A stretch of DNA of 64,000 nt from Paraspadella gotoi (taxonomy: Eukaryota > Animalia > Chaetognatha), in the NCBI GenBank assembly GCA_051294375.1, contig CM119265.1:16622005-16686004 (forward strand). Reading direction: 5' to 3'. Below are positions 21,201 to 40,358 of the stretch, one piece after another (the first letter of the stretch is position 1; each line of letters begins with the position of its first letter). The position numbers and the translations under genes were made by a program. The notes under the pieces were generated by a model. That model ran no database searches. It was not told where the DNA came from and saw only the letters and a list, made by a program, of their open reading frames with translations.

Positions 21201-24200
21201 AATGCAGCACTACTGCGCCAAGCGACAATCGCAGATGGCTCAGGAGAAGTTGATTTATCAGCCTCCCGCTCCAAAGTCAATGCAACTTTGCCCAAAGATT
21301 ATGGCCGGATCGACTTTCACTTCACCTGCGACAGCGTTTACGCAGACTGAATCGTCCAGCACTTTCACTCTCAACAGGACCTCTGAAGACGCAAACCTCT
21401 ATCTTAATCAAGAACACGAGATGAAACCGCCGGCGGATCTACTCGAATACCTCAACGATTTCGGCAAAACCGTGATGGAAGACCCGAGTATTTTTTGTGG
21501 CGAACCAGCGAGCTTTGAAAATCCAGTTCCTTCGCAAAATTTCTACGCTCCAATGACGACGTCTGTTGCCGCTCCCTTTCAGCAACATCAGGTTCCGTCT
21601 TCAAATCAGATTGCTCCCAATCATCTTCCCAATGTCCCAATGCACTTCGCCGGACAAGATTTCGCCACGGCACCTTGTCACTCGTCGTGGCAAACCGTGG
21701 CGACACCTTCCCCCGTCTTTAGCGACCAATCAAGCATGACCCCTTCGCCAGGTTCAGAGGCGCTGAATTCTTCGGATGCCACCTATCAGTCGTTTGACTT
21801 TACCATCGCCAGCTTCCCTACTATGAACCAGGACCCGTGGATCGTTAAACACGGGGAAAATGTACAATCGCAAAATTGAAATTACCAGAATTCTATTGTT
21901 TTTCTTTCTGTAAATACCGTTATAATTCGTTTTATTTATATTTGATTAAATTCTATACAGTTGTTATTGTAAATATATATTTGTTCGTTAATATTAATTT
22001 GTTTTTCAATTAAAAAAAAAACGCAGATAAATACTAGTTAACATTTTAGCTACCTTCCAAGTATGCTGCGCCGTTCGGCTTGGTTCGGCGGGTAAAGTTT
22101 TATTTCCAACTCCATGAATCCCGAATTAAGAAGCGATTTATCGAGTTGATCTCGTTTTCGCGCAGCGGTCATGACAACAATTCCGCTGTCCGACGGAATC
22201 GCCGACATTTCCTAAGAAAAAAATAATTTTAGTAAACTAAATATATAGAGGATATATAATGTTTTAAGTAAAAATGTGTGATAGTTATATTTCTTCCTGA
22301 CCTAGTTTTCTAAATAGATGAGTAGAATAGATAATCCCTCTATTTCCAAAAGAACAATAACAACCCTCTCCTATTAATATTATAATAGTTTTCAGATTTA
22401 GTAATAAAAAACCAAAATTATTAAAACTAATATATATATATATATATATTCTTCGACAAGTTATTTTTCTGTCTATCATTTTAAGGTTAATCAGATTCGC
22501 CTAAAATTCTTCATGATTGAGTTTGACCGGTCTTTTTTGAGTCCCGTTATTTGTTTGACCGTCATAATGTTGGACAAACTCTTGTAGTTCGTCGATTTTA
22601 TTTACCTTTTGTAAAAGTGTTTAAAACAAACAATTGATAATGTCCGATTTGCGTGGCTTAGCCGAGCTTAACTGAGAGATCATTGCTATATTGATTGCTT
22701 ACCGATGCTTCCTTTTGCTTACCTCCAGTTTTAGTTAATGCTTGTTCCAATAGACTGGCGTTTTACCTGATTACTATCTGCGATATTGATACTCTCAGAG
22801 GGTGAGCGAGAGACGGAAAACCCGGCTCATCAATAATTTGGAGAGATACGAGACTATTTTTTAGTTCTTATTTAGACTCAGCAAAGAAACGATTCGTTCG
22901 TCCCTAATACAGTTTTATGGGGCAACTTATGGATATTTTACTGAAAATAAAGGCTTAGCATTTGATTCGTGATTTTTCCTTCAAAATTGACCACGTGATT
23001 CAGCGGAAAATTCAGCTAGTTTTCCATATAGCTCCCTTGTCAAATTACACAGAACCAGCAACGTCTCGAAGGCGCTACTCTGCGGACGTGAAGCATAAAC
23101 GAAACGAAACGAAACGAAAGGAAATTATCCAAATCTAAAACTCAAAATAGCGAAACATGTAATTTTCCAATTCTCATTTTTTGGCACCTGTTTTAGTTGC
23201 ATACGAATGCCGACATTATCCATAAGGCCGTCGCCGTCTACAAAGAGAACGCAAGGAGCACGGGCCTTAGCCACTGCGAAGGCGCGTTTTAAAGTCTCCG
23301 CGTCGCCGCCTTCCACTTTGACAAAGGGGACTTCCGCTTCGCCGGCGACTGCGCGTGCAAATGTCTTCTTGCCGCAAGATCGGGGTCCTTGAGTCATAAG
23401 CGAAAAAGCAAGCGCTTAAAAACTAATATGTACCATTGTACATTATACATGGTCAAGAGGGTGATGTGAAAGTTTTGAATCAAAATTTAGCAGATATATC
23501 ATATTAGTGAATACTATTTTGTAATTATTTTTCTTTTTTTACATATATAATAGCCCAGTCAGCTTATTTTGTATATAATACTACCCTTATATAATGTCAA
23601 AATTTCGAAAGAATTTTTTTTAAATTCTGAGAACAGATTCAAATTCCTTGTAAAAAGTTGATAAAAGAATATATAAACCTTTTTCAAAAAATATGTCATT
23701 AAGTAGGTTAAAATTTTAAAAAACTATATTTTTAAACTGGAAATTAAAAATCGGCGTTTTAAATATAGTTTTTTACATTTTTGACCAACTTAATGAAAGA
23801 ATTTTTAAAAAGGAATTATACTTTCTTATATCAACTTTTTGCAAGGAATCCAAATCCGATCTTAAATTTTAAAAAATTGCATTTTGAAATTTAAGCCTCT
23901 TATATACTTATTACTATATATAAATATAGCTCACTGGTGCCCACTTATGTATAAAATTAAAAAGTAAATTTACCAAAGTATTTTTATTGGTTTTTATTTT
24001 TATATTTTATATACTAAATTTTAATTTTCTAAAATTTTATCATTTTCAAATCACTAATGGTCATTGGTCATACAGATCTTGTCGGAGTTATAAAACTATT
24101 TTTTAAATTTTTGTCAATACCATTCTCAGATTAGGTTATCGTCGGAAAATGATACAAAATTATTTTAATAAAATTATTTTACTATCGCCAACCGGGGTTG

Positions 24201-24273
24201 GGGGGGTTTAGGGTAAAATTGCGATCTTGTGGCAGTAACCACACGTGACCTTCTGCGATCGACCAACTTATTC

Positions 24274-24305
<32 letters not shown>

Positions 24306-27300
24306 ACATGATTTCACCGGTTTCGTATTTGACCTTATAATGTCTCATTGTTTAGACTTAGTATCAATTGTTATTGTTATTATTTTATCGTTGGAGAATA
24401 AACCATTCTCGATTCAAACCTCGTGTCGTAAACAACTCCTGCCACACGTGGTAAGCCACGACGTTACAAAAGAAAAAAAAAATCCAAATCAAAAACTCTC
24501 ATAGTCTTCTCCCCATCGGGTCGAAGCCTCGGTGAGGGGATGTGTGGCAGTAACCACACGTGACCTTCTGCGATCGACCAACTTATTCAAGAACTCTCTC
24601 TCTCTCTCTCTCTCACATGATTTCACCGGTTTCGTATTTGACCTTATAATGTCTCATTGTTTAGACTTAGTATCAATTGTTATTGTTATTATTTTATCGT
24701 TAGAGAATAAACCATTCTCGATTCAAACCTCGTGTCGTAAACAACTCCTGCCACAATCTCAACTTTTCCCCGATGCTCTTTTGTTCTTTTTTACTGACAT
24801 AGAAAATGCCTCCGTTTTAGCGATCACAGCGACATCTTTAGGATCTTTTGTTAATACTTAAGTACAGATTTCCGAAGGCAGTGCACAGCTGATTCTGATT
24901 GGTTCCCGTGATTTCGATAGATTCTAATCAAATTCTGTTGAAATCTTTTAGTCTTTTAGTTGTCACTGGGTTTTTAGTGCCTTTTTAGAGCAGTTTAAAC
25001 TCTCTTTAGATATCTCGGAATTCTTATTTTTTGTATGATCGCTGGATTGGTGGACTTTTCTATGATAGAAGCAACTTTTTTCGTTATTATTGGCTTCAGA
25101 AACAAGTAAGAAAAGACACTTTAAACTTATACAGAAGGCTTCATATTATAAAATGAGGTACCCCTTTTTTGTGACCAGAGCTCGTTCCGAGAAAACTACT
25201 GGACCAAATTTATTAAAATTTATAATGAACGATCTTTATGTGAATACTAATAAAACTATCGAGGCGAATTTCAATATTTGACCGCTGAGCCGAGATATAT
25301 TTTTTTATTATTTTTGTTTTGAACAGTTGCAAAGACGATTACTCTTCCACAAAAACATATTTATTACCTCAAAAATATTCATTTATCTTAATTTTTAGCT
25401 TCATGAACATCAGCAGTTAAATTCAAATTTGGAATAATTTGAAAAAATTGGATGAACCATGCATCTTCAACCATGCTTAATTATTGCAAATTTATCCATT
25501 TTAGTTCTAAAATGTTTTTTTCTTATGTTTAAAACGTCAATGCACCTGATGCTACTAAAAAATTTGGAAAAATGAAAAAAAACATTTTTAAAATTTCTTG
25601 GCCCCCCAGGGGTCCACCCCCAGGGCCCTGTATCTCTTGTCAGGGGTTGAATATCAAAATTCGCCTCGATAGTTCCATTTATATAGTCATTAGCACTCTA
25701 AATGTAAAATTTCATTAAATTCGATCAGGTAGTTTGGTGGGAACAGATTCTGGTCACAAAAAAGGGGTACCACATTTTATAATATGAAGCCTTCGGTATA
25801 TATATTTGCTAAGTTTTGTATTAAATGTTTTGTTCCTTTGGCCCAGAACTTCTAACACACAAACACACGTCACTGACACTTTCGTCAAGTCCTGGGCTTC
25901 GCAGTTCGTCGTTCTTCGGCCTTAACCAACGTCGTTCTGCTGAGACTTTGTCGTCAACATCTCCAGGGCGTTTTGACCGGCGCCATCGTCTCTTGTGCGC
26001 CATTTATACCCGAATTATTCTGGTCTTGAATGCGCAGAATTAGTCTTGACAGTTAGAAATCAACGACAGCCACTTAGTTACAGGTGGTTTAGGGGTGGGT
26101 GAGGGTTAGGGTTAAGAGGATTTAGGGTTTCGTTAGGAAAGAAAGTCCTGAAATTTTACCAATTTTTGCGGACTCGCTGCGGACTCTTTGCGGATTTTTT
26201 GCGGACTTTTTTTTAAAGTCTGTCGAATTCTAAAAAAAATGTAAACGTCAACTTTTTTATATTGGAATATCATTTAGAATTGAATTTTTTGTTCTGATTT
26301 TGAATTTCCATCGCAATATGACTAACTGTAATATGCAGATTAACTTAAAGTAATGGCAAAATTTTTTTTTTTCTTTTTTCAATCAAAAAATGTTTTTTGA
26401 GAGATACGAAATGGATTTTTTGATCTGATTTTGAATTCCCAACGAAATATAACTAACTGTAATATGCAGATTAGCATAAGTATAGGCAAATTTTTTTTTT
26501 TTTTTCAATCAAAAATTTTCTTTGAGAGATTCGAAATGGATTTTTTGATCTGATTTTGAATTTCTATCGCAATATGAGTAACCGTAATATGCAGATTAGC
26601 ATAAAGTAATGGATTTTTTATTCTTTATTTCAATCAGAAGAATCAAAATAGATTTTATTGATCTGATCAGATTAGCATAAAATATAGTCAATTTTTTTCT
26701 TTTTTTTTTCAATCAAAAATGTTCTTTGAGAGATTCGAAATGGATTTTTTGATCTGATTTTGAATTTCTATCGCAATATGAGTAACCGTAATATGCAGAT
26801 TAGCATAAAAGTAATGGGATTTTTTTTATTCTTTATTTCAATCAGAGAGATTCGAAATAGATTTTTTGATCTGATCAGATTAGCATAAAATATAGTCAAT
26901 TTTTCTTCTTTTTTTTTTCAATCAAAAATATTCTTTGAGAGATACGAAATGGATTTTTTGATCTAATTTTGAAAAATTTCCATTGCATTATGACTTACTG
27001 TAATATGCAATTTTATGTATTATGACTAATTATAATATGCTAAATAGCATAAAGTATATGCATTTTTTCCCTCTTATTCAAAAAATCATCTTTAAAACTT
27101 TAAACTGATTTTTAATTCTCAAAGCATTATAACAAATTGTAATATGTAAATTAAAAGAAAATCTAATTTTTTTTTTTTTTTAAATAATAATTGAGAGATA
27201 CGAAATGACCATCTTGATTTGATTTTTAATTCTAAATACATTATGAATAAATTTATGTAAATTATCTTAAAATAAAAATTATAATGAGGGTTAGATTAAC

Positions 27301-30300
27301 TTATATTTTTTTTATCAACTTGAGTTAAAAAAATCTAACAAAATTCAAATCCATATTATACAACTTTTTAATATGACAACTATAATTTTAAAAAGCAATT
27401 TGTTTGAAACTGTTTTTATAAATTATTTCATAAATTATATATTTTTAAATTACATAATACTACTATTTAATATTAAATATTAAAAAATTATTCCTAATAA
27501 GAATTACATATTAGAAATTGCATTCATCATAACACAATTAGAATTAAAAAAATTTAGCAGCTGATCAGATAAACTTTTATCATTGTCTGATTAATGTTAA
27601 GTTAATTTAGTAGTATATTTTTTTTGCTATTTAGGTTTGTTAAAAGTAATTTAACAAATTATTTTTTAAGTTAATTTAGTAAGCGAGAATATATTATTGA
27701 GAATTTAGTTGTAAATATTCAGTTTTAAAAGTTCAGTTCATACAACGGCTTTCAAAATACCTGCCTATTTTAACATATTGAATTACACGTTTTAGATATT
27801 TAGCTATATTTTTTGAAATTTTTTAAAAAAGAATACAGCTTTTTATAAGCTTATATTCTTAGTATGTAACAGGATAAAAGATAAAAATAATAAGTTAAAT
27901 AAAAAAACAATAGTTATGTAGCTCTATTAGATACACACTCATATAAAACTTATGAGATTGTTTACCAAGTTATTTAGAATTTTTGAATTTATCATTTGCG
28001 TTCAATATTAAATTTTTCATCTTCCATTAAAATCCTTTTTTTTTTGTTTTTATTGTTCTATAATAAGTATTGATGATTTTCGGTTTTTTAAGTTTTAGAT
28101 ATTTTGCTTTTACCAAAATGACACTTTAAAATCATGGTGTTACCACGAATATTTAAATCGATTTTGGTTCAAAAACCTCAAGATGCCGAGGATGTGGTAC
28201 GAATCAGTGCATCATCTGATTTAAAGTGTCAGGACACATCATGCAAATCACTGAACTATGTTCAACGTTTAAGTAAGTGTTAGAAACATGTTCATGTAGA
28301 TTTATATATCAAATTGTATTATATGATCAATTGTAAACAATATTTATGCGAACAATAAATTTTAGCTTTTATTACTCTTAAATTGCAAGAATAACTATTT
28401 TAAGTGGTTTATTACAAATTTATTAGGGATAAATTACTCTTCTCTGGTGGCATTCTGCTCAACAAAATTACGTGCAAGAAGCCAACATATTGAATTGCAT
28501 TTGGATGCCGGGCAACCTCTGATTGATGGTACCGGTTCGCGAATAAACAACTGTATTGACTCCCAAGGTGAATTGACAATTTTTTTATTAGGAAGTACCA
28601 AATATCACTAAATTACATATTTTTCAGGCCGGTCATTGAATTCTTTACAAAATGCAAATCCATCAACGTTTAGTCTTAACTCTCGACGAGTGGAAGATGT
28701 TATGATAAGATGCCCCCATTATGGATGGAGAAGGTAAATTTATATTATGGTTAACGAAGTAATTTTTTAAACTTTTGACTTTTTTTTCATTAGGGAGGAA
28801 TCCCATGTTCGCGGAAAGTTGAATTCTACAAAGAACCTTTCCAAGGCGTCCTCCGGTCAACAAACTAGTGTTTTATATAGAGTTTTGCATGGACCTTTAA
28901 ATGATCGAATTTTCTCACGTCAAAGATCACGTTTAATTTTCTGTCCTTTTGGCTGTATAAATGGCGGATGTCTTTAGTAAGAATTCTCTACTATTTCCAA
29001 CTTTATTCTTTAATCTAAAATATTTATTTGTCGGATCTGCTTATCAACAGATCCCGACTCTATAATTCACTTTGTCGGTCCGCCCCCTCAATATTGTCGG
29101 GCAAAACCCCAAAACCCCGGTCGGCGAAAGTAAAATTAAAAAAAAAGGTCAAAACAGAAGACTAAGTCTAGAAGCGATGACTAAATAGGCTATGTGTGGA
29201 ATTTTAATTGAGATATTATGGCAACGGGAGGATTGCCTGTGATACCCGGGGCGCGGGGTATCTCAACAACTGGCGTAGGGGCTGCGGAGTGCGGACCCTC
29301 AGTGACCGCCACCTGTCACAGGCATGTTTAAACCGGGTCCGTCAAATTCAAGCCAGAACCGGGATACCCAGGAATTGAACCCGGTTGCAAAGAGATGATT
29401 TTGCCTGCTCAGCCATTGAGATGAGGCTGAGGACGGACAGCAGTGAGTCAGCTTTAAATCGTACTGCCACAATGTATTAATACCCTTAAAAGTGTTAAGT
29501 ATTGTAAGTATTTTAAAGCGTATTAGATGATTAAATACGATACTTTATAAAAATGTAAAATAAAAAAATATTATATATTGAATATAATAATATTTTTAGA
29601 TGAAAACTTAAAAAAAAACAACAAAAAAAACAGCATCAATATAAAATACAACCGCATCTCACAAAGGATATTTTAAACTCACCAAAAAAAACTACCCCTT
29701 TGGGAGGCTTTCCTCCCAGTCTTTTCGCCATAACGTCTGTGTTTTTAGGTTCCTTGAGCAAGTCAACGATTCCTTGCAAATCCTTCTTCACTTTGATATA
29801 TCCACGAATATCCTTGAACCTGACGACGTTGTTATCATGTTTGACAGGAACTGGATCAGGCGATCCGCTGACGAGTTCGCTTTCAGGAGCTGATTCCGTC
29901 GGCACCTCGGTCGGTACTTCCTCATTGGGTTGTTCTTCCTCCAGAATGACGGCAGGCGGCGCCGCTACTTTCTCTTCGTCCGGCTTGAGCGACTCTTCGA
30001 CTGGTGAGTCGTCTGGCGCCAATGGGGGAACCACTTCTGACGCCGTCGATGGATCAACCTCGGATTTACCTAATGCGCGAAGAAGATCAATCAGGATCTT
30101 ACACAATTTGAGCTATTTGAGTAATGAGTATTCAATTCGAGTTGGGAGTATCTTCTGCGTATAACTTATTTTCTGCTTAAGAGACTTTCTAGTTTCTACC
30201 AGAATAACTCATATTATCGTTTAATCATATCGCACTTGGATAAACTTAAAATAAGCTAAAAGGTTGTAAAGTTGATAAAAAAAGAAGAAATTTTGACCTG

Positions 30301-30811
30301 AATCGAGCAGCGTTTCTGGAACGACTCCGACGGGCACATCGCCAGTTTCCCCCGGCAACGTCTCCACCGAATCTTTAAGGAGATCTTCGGTAGATGGCGC
30401 CTCGTCACAGCCCCGCTCCGATGAATTCTGCTGTTCGGAAACCACCAAAGCAGAGGAATTGAATGTATGGCTTGGGGTCGAGGTAGCAATCTTTTCCACT
30501 CGCTTAAGGCGCTGGTTGTCGTAAATCAAGTAACATATCGCGACCCCAAGGGCCAACGGAACGGCCTGGCGTTGCCACTTTCCCCGAATTACTTCCTCTT
30601 CAGGAGTTTCCGAGGTGTTAAGATGGCGTCTGAGGTAGAGAAAGAAGTTCTTGCGTCGCAAAGGCGTCGAAGGCAAAGGACCAACTGAGCGAGTAACCGA
30701 ACGAAAAGCGGCTGACATTGTTAGAGATCTTCCACGAGGCAATTGGTTATTGAGGGTATAAATAGAGGATCGCGATAAAGGCGATGTACAAAACTTACTC
30801 AAAACCCCCAT
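13354..30811 (-). CDS. YME1L/FtsH-like mitochondrial AAA metalloprotease paralog with degenerate ATPase motifs; ~10 exons
   Basis: Presequence plus TM; [93 protein letters not shown]. Exons approx 30811-30298, 30069-29683, 23387-23188, 22211-22054, 15351-15087, 15014-14881, 14641-14502, 14320-14184, 14110-13964, 13890-13354. Confidence 0.88.
15454..17486. mobile_element. Non-autonomous hAT element (2.0 kb)
   Basis: TIR TAG(A/T)GTTCCGATAACCGTTAA; perfect 8-bp TSD CTCTGAAT (15446-15453, 17487-17494); repeated AACCGTTA motifs; purine-rich low-complexity core. Confidence 0.92.
15636..15669 (+). ncRNA. Decayed minimal hammerhead-ribozyme-like motif (Penelope-type)
   Basis: CTGATAA-a-GACT..AGTC-GAAACATGTC; core G8 is A, so probably inactive. 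Confidence 0.45.
18762..21879 (+). CDS. C2H2 zinc-finger transcription factor nested antisense in a YME1L-like intron
   Basis: Exon 1 18762-18844 (..CLQCFK|GTAAG), exon 2 20776-21879 ([26 protein letters not shown]..., further CxxC fingers, P/S/Q-rich tail). Needs one extra A in the A9 run at 18814-18822 to be in frame with ATG 18762. Confidence 0.85.
19148..20082. mobile_element. Palindromic foldback MITE (~935 bp)
   Basis: catggtgacaattt..gccggtagaaata versus tatttctaccggc..aaattgtcaccatg; arms complementary over most of the length; TA on left flank. Confidence 0.9.
20350..20535. mobile_element. Inverted Penelope-like terminal-repeat relic with hammerhead-like core
   Basis: Palindrome (tgttttcagacaa / ttgtctgaaaaca; ggacatgtttcgg / ccgaaacgtgtcc) enclosing CTAATGA-a-GGCT..AGCC-GAAACGTGTC at 20441-20474. 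Confidence 0.5.
23457..24056. mobile_element. hAT-type palindromic MITE
   Basis: Imperfect 8-bp TSD ATGGTCAA/ATGGTCAT; homologous to 7121-7440 and related to the 33738, 37187 and 38728 copies. Confidence 0.8.
24228..24755 (+). mobile_element. Complete TRIM (miniature non-autonomous LTR retrotransposon)
   Basis: LTRs 24228-24446 and 24543-24755, each TGTGGCAG...CTGCCACA with TATAA and AATAAA; 96-bp interior with PBS-like TGGTAAGCCACGACGT and PPT GGTGAGGGGA; 4-bp TSD ATCT. Confidence 0.92.
25132..25796. mobile_element. Tc1/mariner-type MITE
   Basis: TIR C(A/C)GAAGGCTTCATATTATAAAATG..GGTACCCCTTTTTTGTGACCAGA; TA flanks on both sides. Confidence 0.88.
26265..27230. repeat. AT-rich tandem array (~120-bp units with shorter variants)
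   Basis: Recurrent gagat(a/t)cgaaatggattttttgatctgattttgaattt..aatatgcagattagcataa. Confidence 0.85.
28134..28977 (+). CDS. Putative 4-exon, 189-aa gene or pseudogene nested in a YME1L-like intron (weak RPA/MEIOB OB-fold resemblance)
   Basis: Exons 28134-28272, 28427-28567, 28628-28733, 28794-28977 joined at GT-AG sites give 570 nt with no internal stop; GC-richer than flanks. Confidence 0.45.
29029..29135. mobile_element. Helentron/DINE-like (HINE) fragment
   Basis: gtcggatctgcttatcaacagatcccgac hairpin plus tctataattcactttgtcggtccg; inverse copy at 35465-35540; aaccccggtcggNgaaagtaaaatt shared with 48044, 48108 and (inverted) 24172. Confidence 0.6.
29195..29471 (-). mobile_element. Solo-LTR-like or tRNA-derived SINE-like element
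   Basis: TGTGG...CCACA ends; minus-strand A-box-like TGGCTGAGCAGG and B-box-like GGTTCAATTCC; core shared with 11434-11504. Confidence 0.4.
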
Positions 30812-31193
30812 TATGTCGAATCGAGTTTCAATCTTGAATTTTTTTCAATTTTTATGTTTTAGTTTCAACACAAACATACATTTTTTCCTTCCTAAAATTG
30901 TAAACGTTGACGAAAAAGTAGAAAAGCGAATATGTGAACGGTTTTTTTATAAAACAAAAACTTAACATAACTGATAACTCAACATAAACCGAAAAGAAAC
31001 CGCGACATGGCCACGAAGAACTGTAAAATATGACGCTTATAAAAATATAAAAACAACAGACTCCGAATAAAAAAAGACGTTAATAATACATAATATCGCG
31101 GAATGCACGATAGTTTTCTGTGAGATAAATTTCTTCATCTTCGTAAAATTTAAACATTAGGCAAACAATAGAAATATTTTGATCAAAACTGTT

Positions 31194-38221
<7,028 letters not shown>

Positions 38222-38392
38222 CTTAGTTTTACAGCTTGATAAACTTAAAAACAAAAAAAACCTGTAAAGAGCAACAATGATCAACGATAAAAGTATCACT
38301 AGTTACAGCAAAAACTACTCGATCTTTAAATAGGACTGAGTCAATGAAAGTATATGAAAAAAATACTGAAAAAAATTCCAGGACGAAAGAAT

Positions 38393-40189
38393 TCACGCAC
38401 GTGAAGTGGAGGGTTCATCTCCCCGAGTTGAACCTTTCTCCTTGGCGCCGCGCATTTCCTTGGGGCGTTGAATGGTGGCATGTTCAATCTTGTAGACATC
38501 GATAATTTCACGCCACTGCGGGTAAGTTAAGCCGACGGCCACTTGACTAAAAAGTCTCGTATTTCCCATGACGGGGTTGCCGTCTTTGTCCACTTGTCGC
38601 TCGCAGGGTTCTATAACCGGAAGCTTGTCGTCGTCTAGGAAAACCTTCGCCATTCCTTTAAACGTCATTTTAAAGTAAACAATGATTTATTTCAGACTAG
38701 GTACGTTCTAAATACTAGTATATTTACTAAGGCGTAGTAAAATTTCCAAATTTAACTTTAATTAAAATTCTAAAAGTGAGGAACGAACAACATTATACTA
38801 ATGAACATTTATGTATAAAAAAAATTTATCATAAATTTTACAATTTACGCAGTAGGCCATATTTATACTAGTACTAATCGAATAAATGTTAAAATTTCAA
38901 AACAGTTTTTTTAAAGATTTTTTTGCAGATTTGGATTCGTCATAAAAAGTTGATAAAAAGAAATATAACTCTTTTTGAAAAATTCCTTCATTAAGTGGGT
39001 CAAAAATTAGAAAAAGTTATATTTGAAGCTGAAAATTAACTTTTTATATATTAAATATAGTTGTTTTAATTTTTAACCCACTTAATGAAAGAATTTTTAA
39101 AAATGATTTATATTTTCTTTTATCAACTTTTGACGAGGAATTCAAATTTGCAATCAAAATTAAAAAAAGCCTATTTTGTAATTTTTAGATTTTATAAGGA
39201 TAGTACTATATATAATTATAGCCTACTGCGAAAATTAAAAAACAAAATAATTTTTTTTTACAAATTAATGTTCACTGATGGTATGTTGTTCCTAATTGAC
39301 TTTTAGAATTTCCGTACGTAACTTTCAATACGCTCTAATATTTACCTTCTCTGACTAAAAACGAAAGGTAGAAAATGTTTTCGACCGTCTTTCCGAAAGA
39401 ATTGGGGTCACAAATGAATTCGAAATAATCGATGGGCTCTTCGTTGTAATTTCTGTAATATTTCTTGAGTTGCGAGTGGACGAACTCAGTCATTTTGGCT
39501 GTCGTCTCCTCGTTCGTCGTCTCTACCCGATCCATTTCCTTCACTTGAGTTTTGTTGTTAAGAAATTCGTCTTTGTCAACCTTGTTACGCTGCTTGACGA
39601 CCTTTTCCTTTCCCACATAGGCAGATCGTTCGAAAGTTCCCAGCATGCAAGTGTAAGAGGGAGCTGAGCGGAAGTATTTGCTCACCCTCTGACCCAATGT
39701 TTTCCACTTTGTCGAGGGAATTCCCTCCCCGCGCTTGGAGCCAACAAAAACAGAGAGACGTTGGGCAAAGTCAGTCGAGTGGAATGTAAACATATCTGTC
39801 TTGAGGGCCTGAGCCTTTTGCTTTCCCAGCATAGCGATGTGCGCGATGGTACTAGAATCCATGGCCGCCTCACGCGTCTGGGTCACCGAATTGTATAGTT
39901 TATCGACTTGTAAGAGCTTTTCGGTGATATTAAAATTTCCGTGGTCGACGTATTCTTTAGCATTGACGTGAAGATCCTCGAGGACGTCTCGGTATTGGTT
40001 ACGGACTTGGCGTCGAAACGTTTTGGAATCTGCCGGATCAGAGCCCCCGCCCTTTCCATTGCCACGAGTGACATCGAGATTTAACGTTTCTTCGGTTATA
40101 TGGTTCTTGTTTTTACACACTGAAGGCTTAAATTTTTTTCTAGAACGACGGGGACTTTCTTCGTCAGAGTTTTCTGAATTTTGGCTCAT
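38393..40189 (-). CDS. NSMCE4A: SMC5/6 kleisin NSE4; 2 exons
   Basis: RRQVRNQYR, VTQTREAAMDS, MLGT, YFEFICDPNSFGKTVENIFYLSFLVREG; intron 39345-38658. Confidence 0.92.
38728..39337. mobile_element. hAT-type MITE (copy B, inverted relative to copy A)
   Basis: Reverse complement of 37187-37804; perfect 8-bp TSD ATATTTAC. Confidence 0.93.
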
Positions 40190-40358
40190 TGTTTTTTTTG
40201 CAATTGAAAATTATTCTGAAAGTACAAAAAACTTAACAACGGTCTTGACACGACAGACTATTCACTACCAACGATCTATAACAGGACAATTACATAGTCG
40301 AATTTCATTCTCGAGTATCTTAAATATCAATCCTCTCCAAGCGACACATTAAACATCA

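Noticed and set aside
22500-22800. LINE endonuclease-like remnant (minus strand [11 protein letters not shown])
   Set aside because: Too short and interrupted by stops to support a call.
24229-24861. Two near-identical short ORFs
   Set aside because: They are the two TRIM LTRs read from GTG starts.
26085-26135. Telomere-like TTAGGG units
   Set aside because: Only a few degenerate copies, probably part of a repeat end.
29360-29430. tRNA gene
   Set aside because: A/B-box-like motifs present, but I could not fold a cloverleaf.
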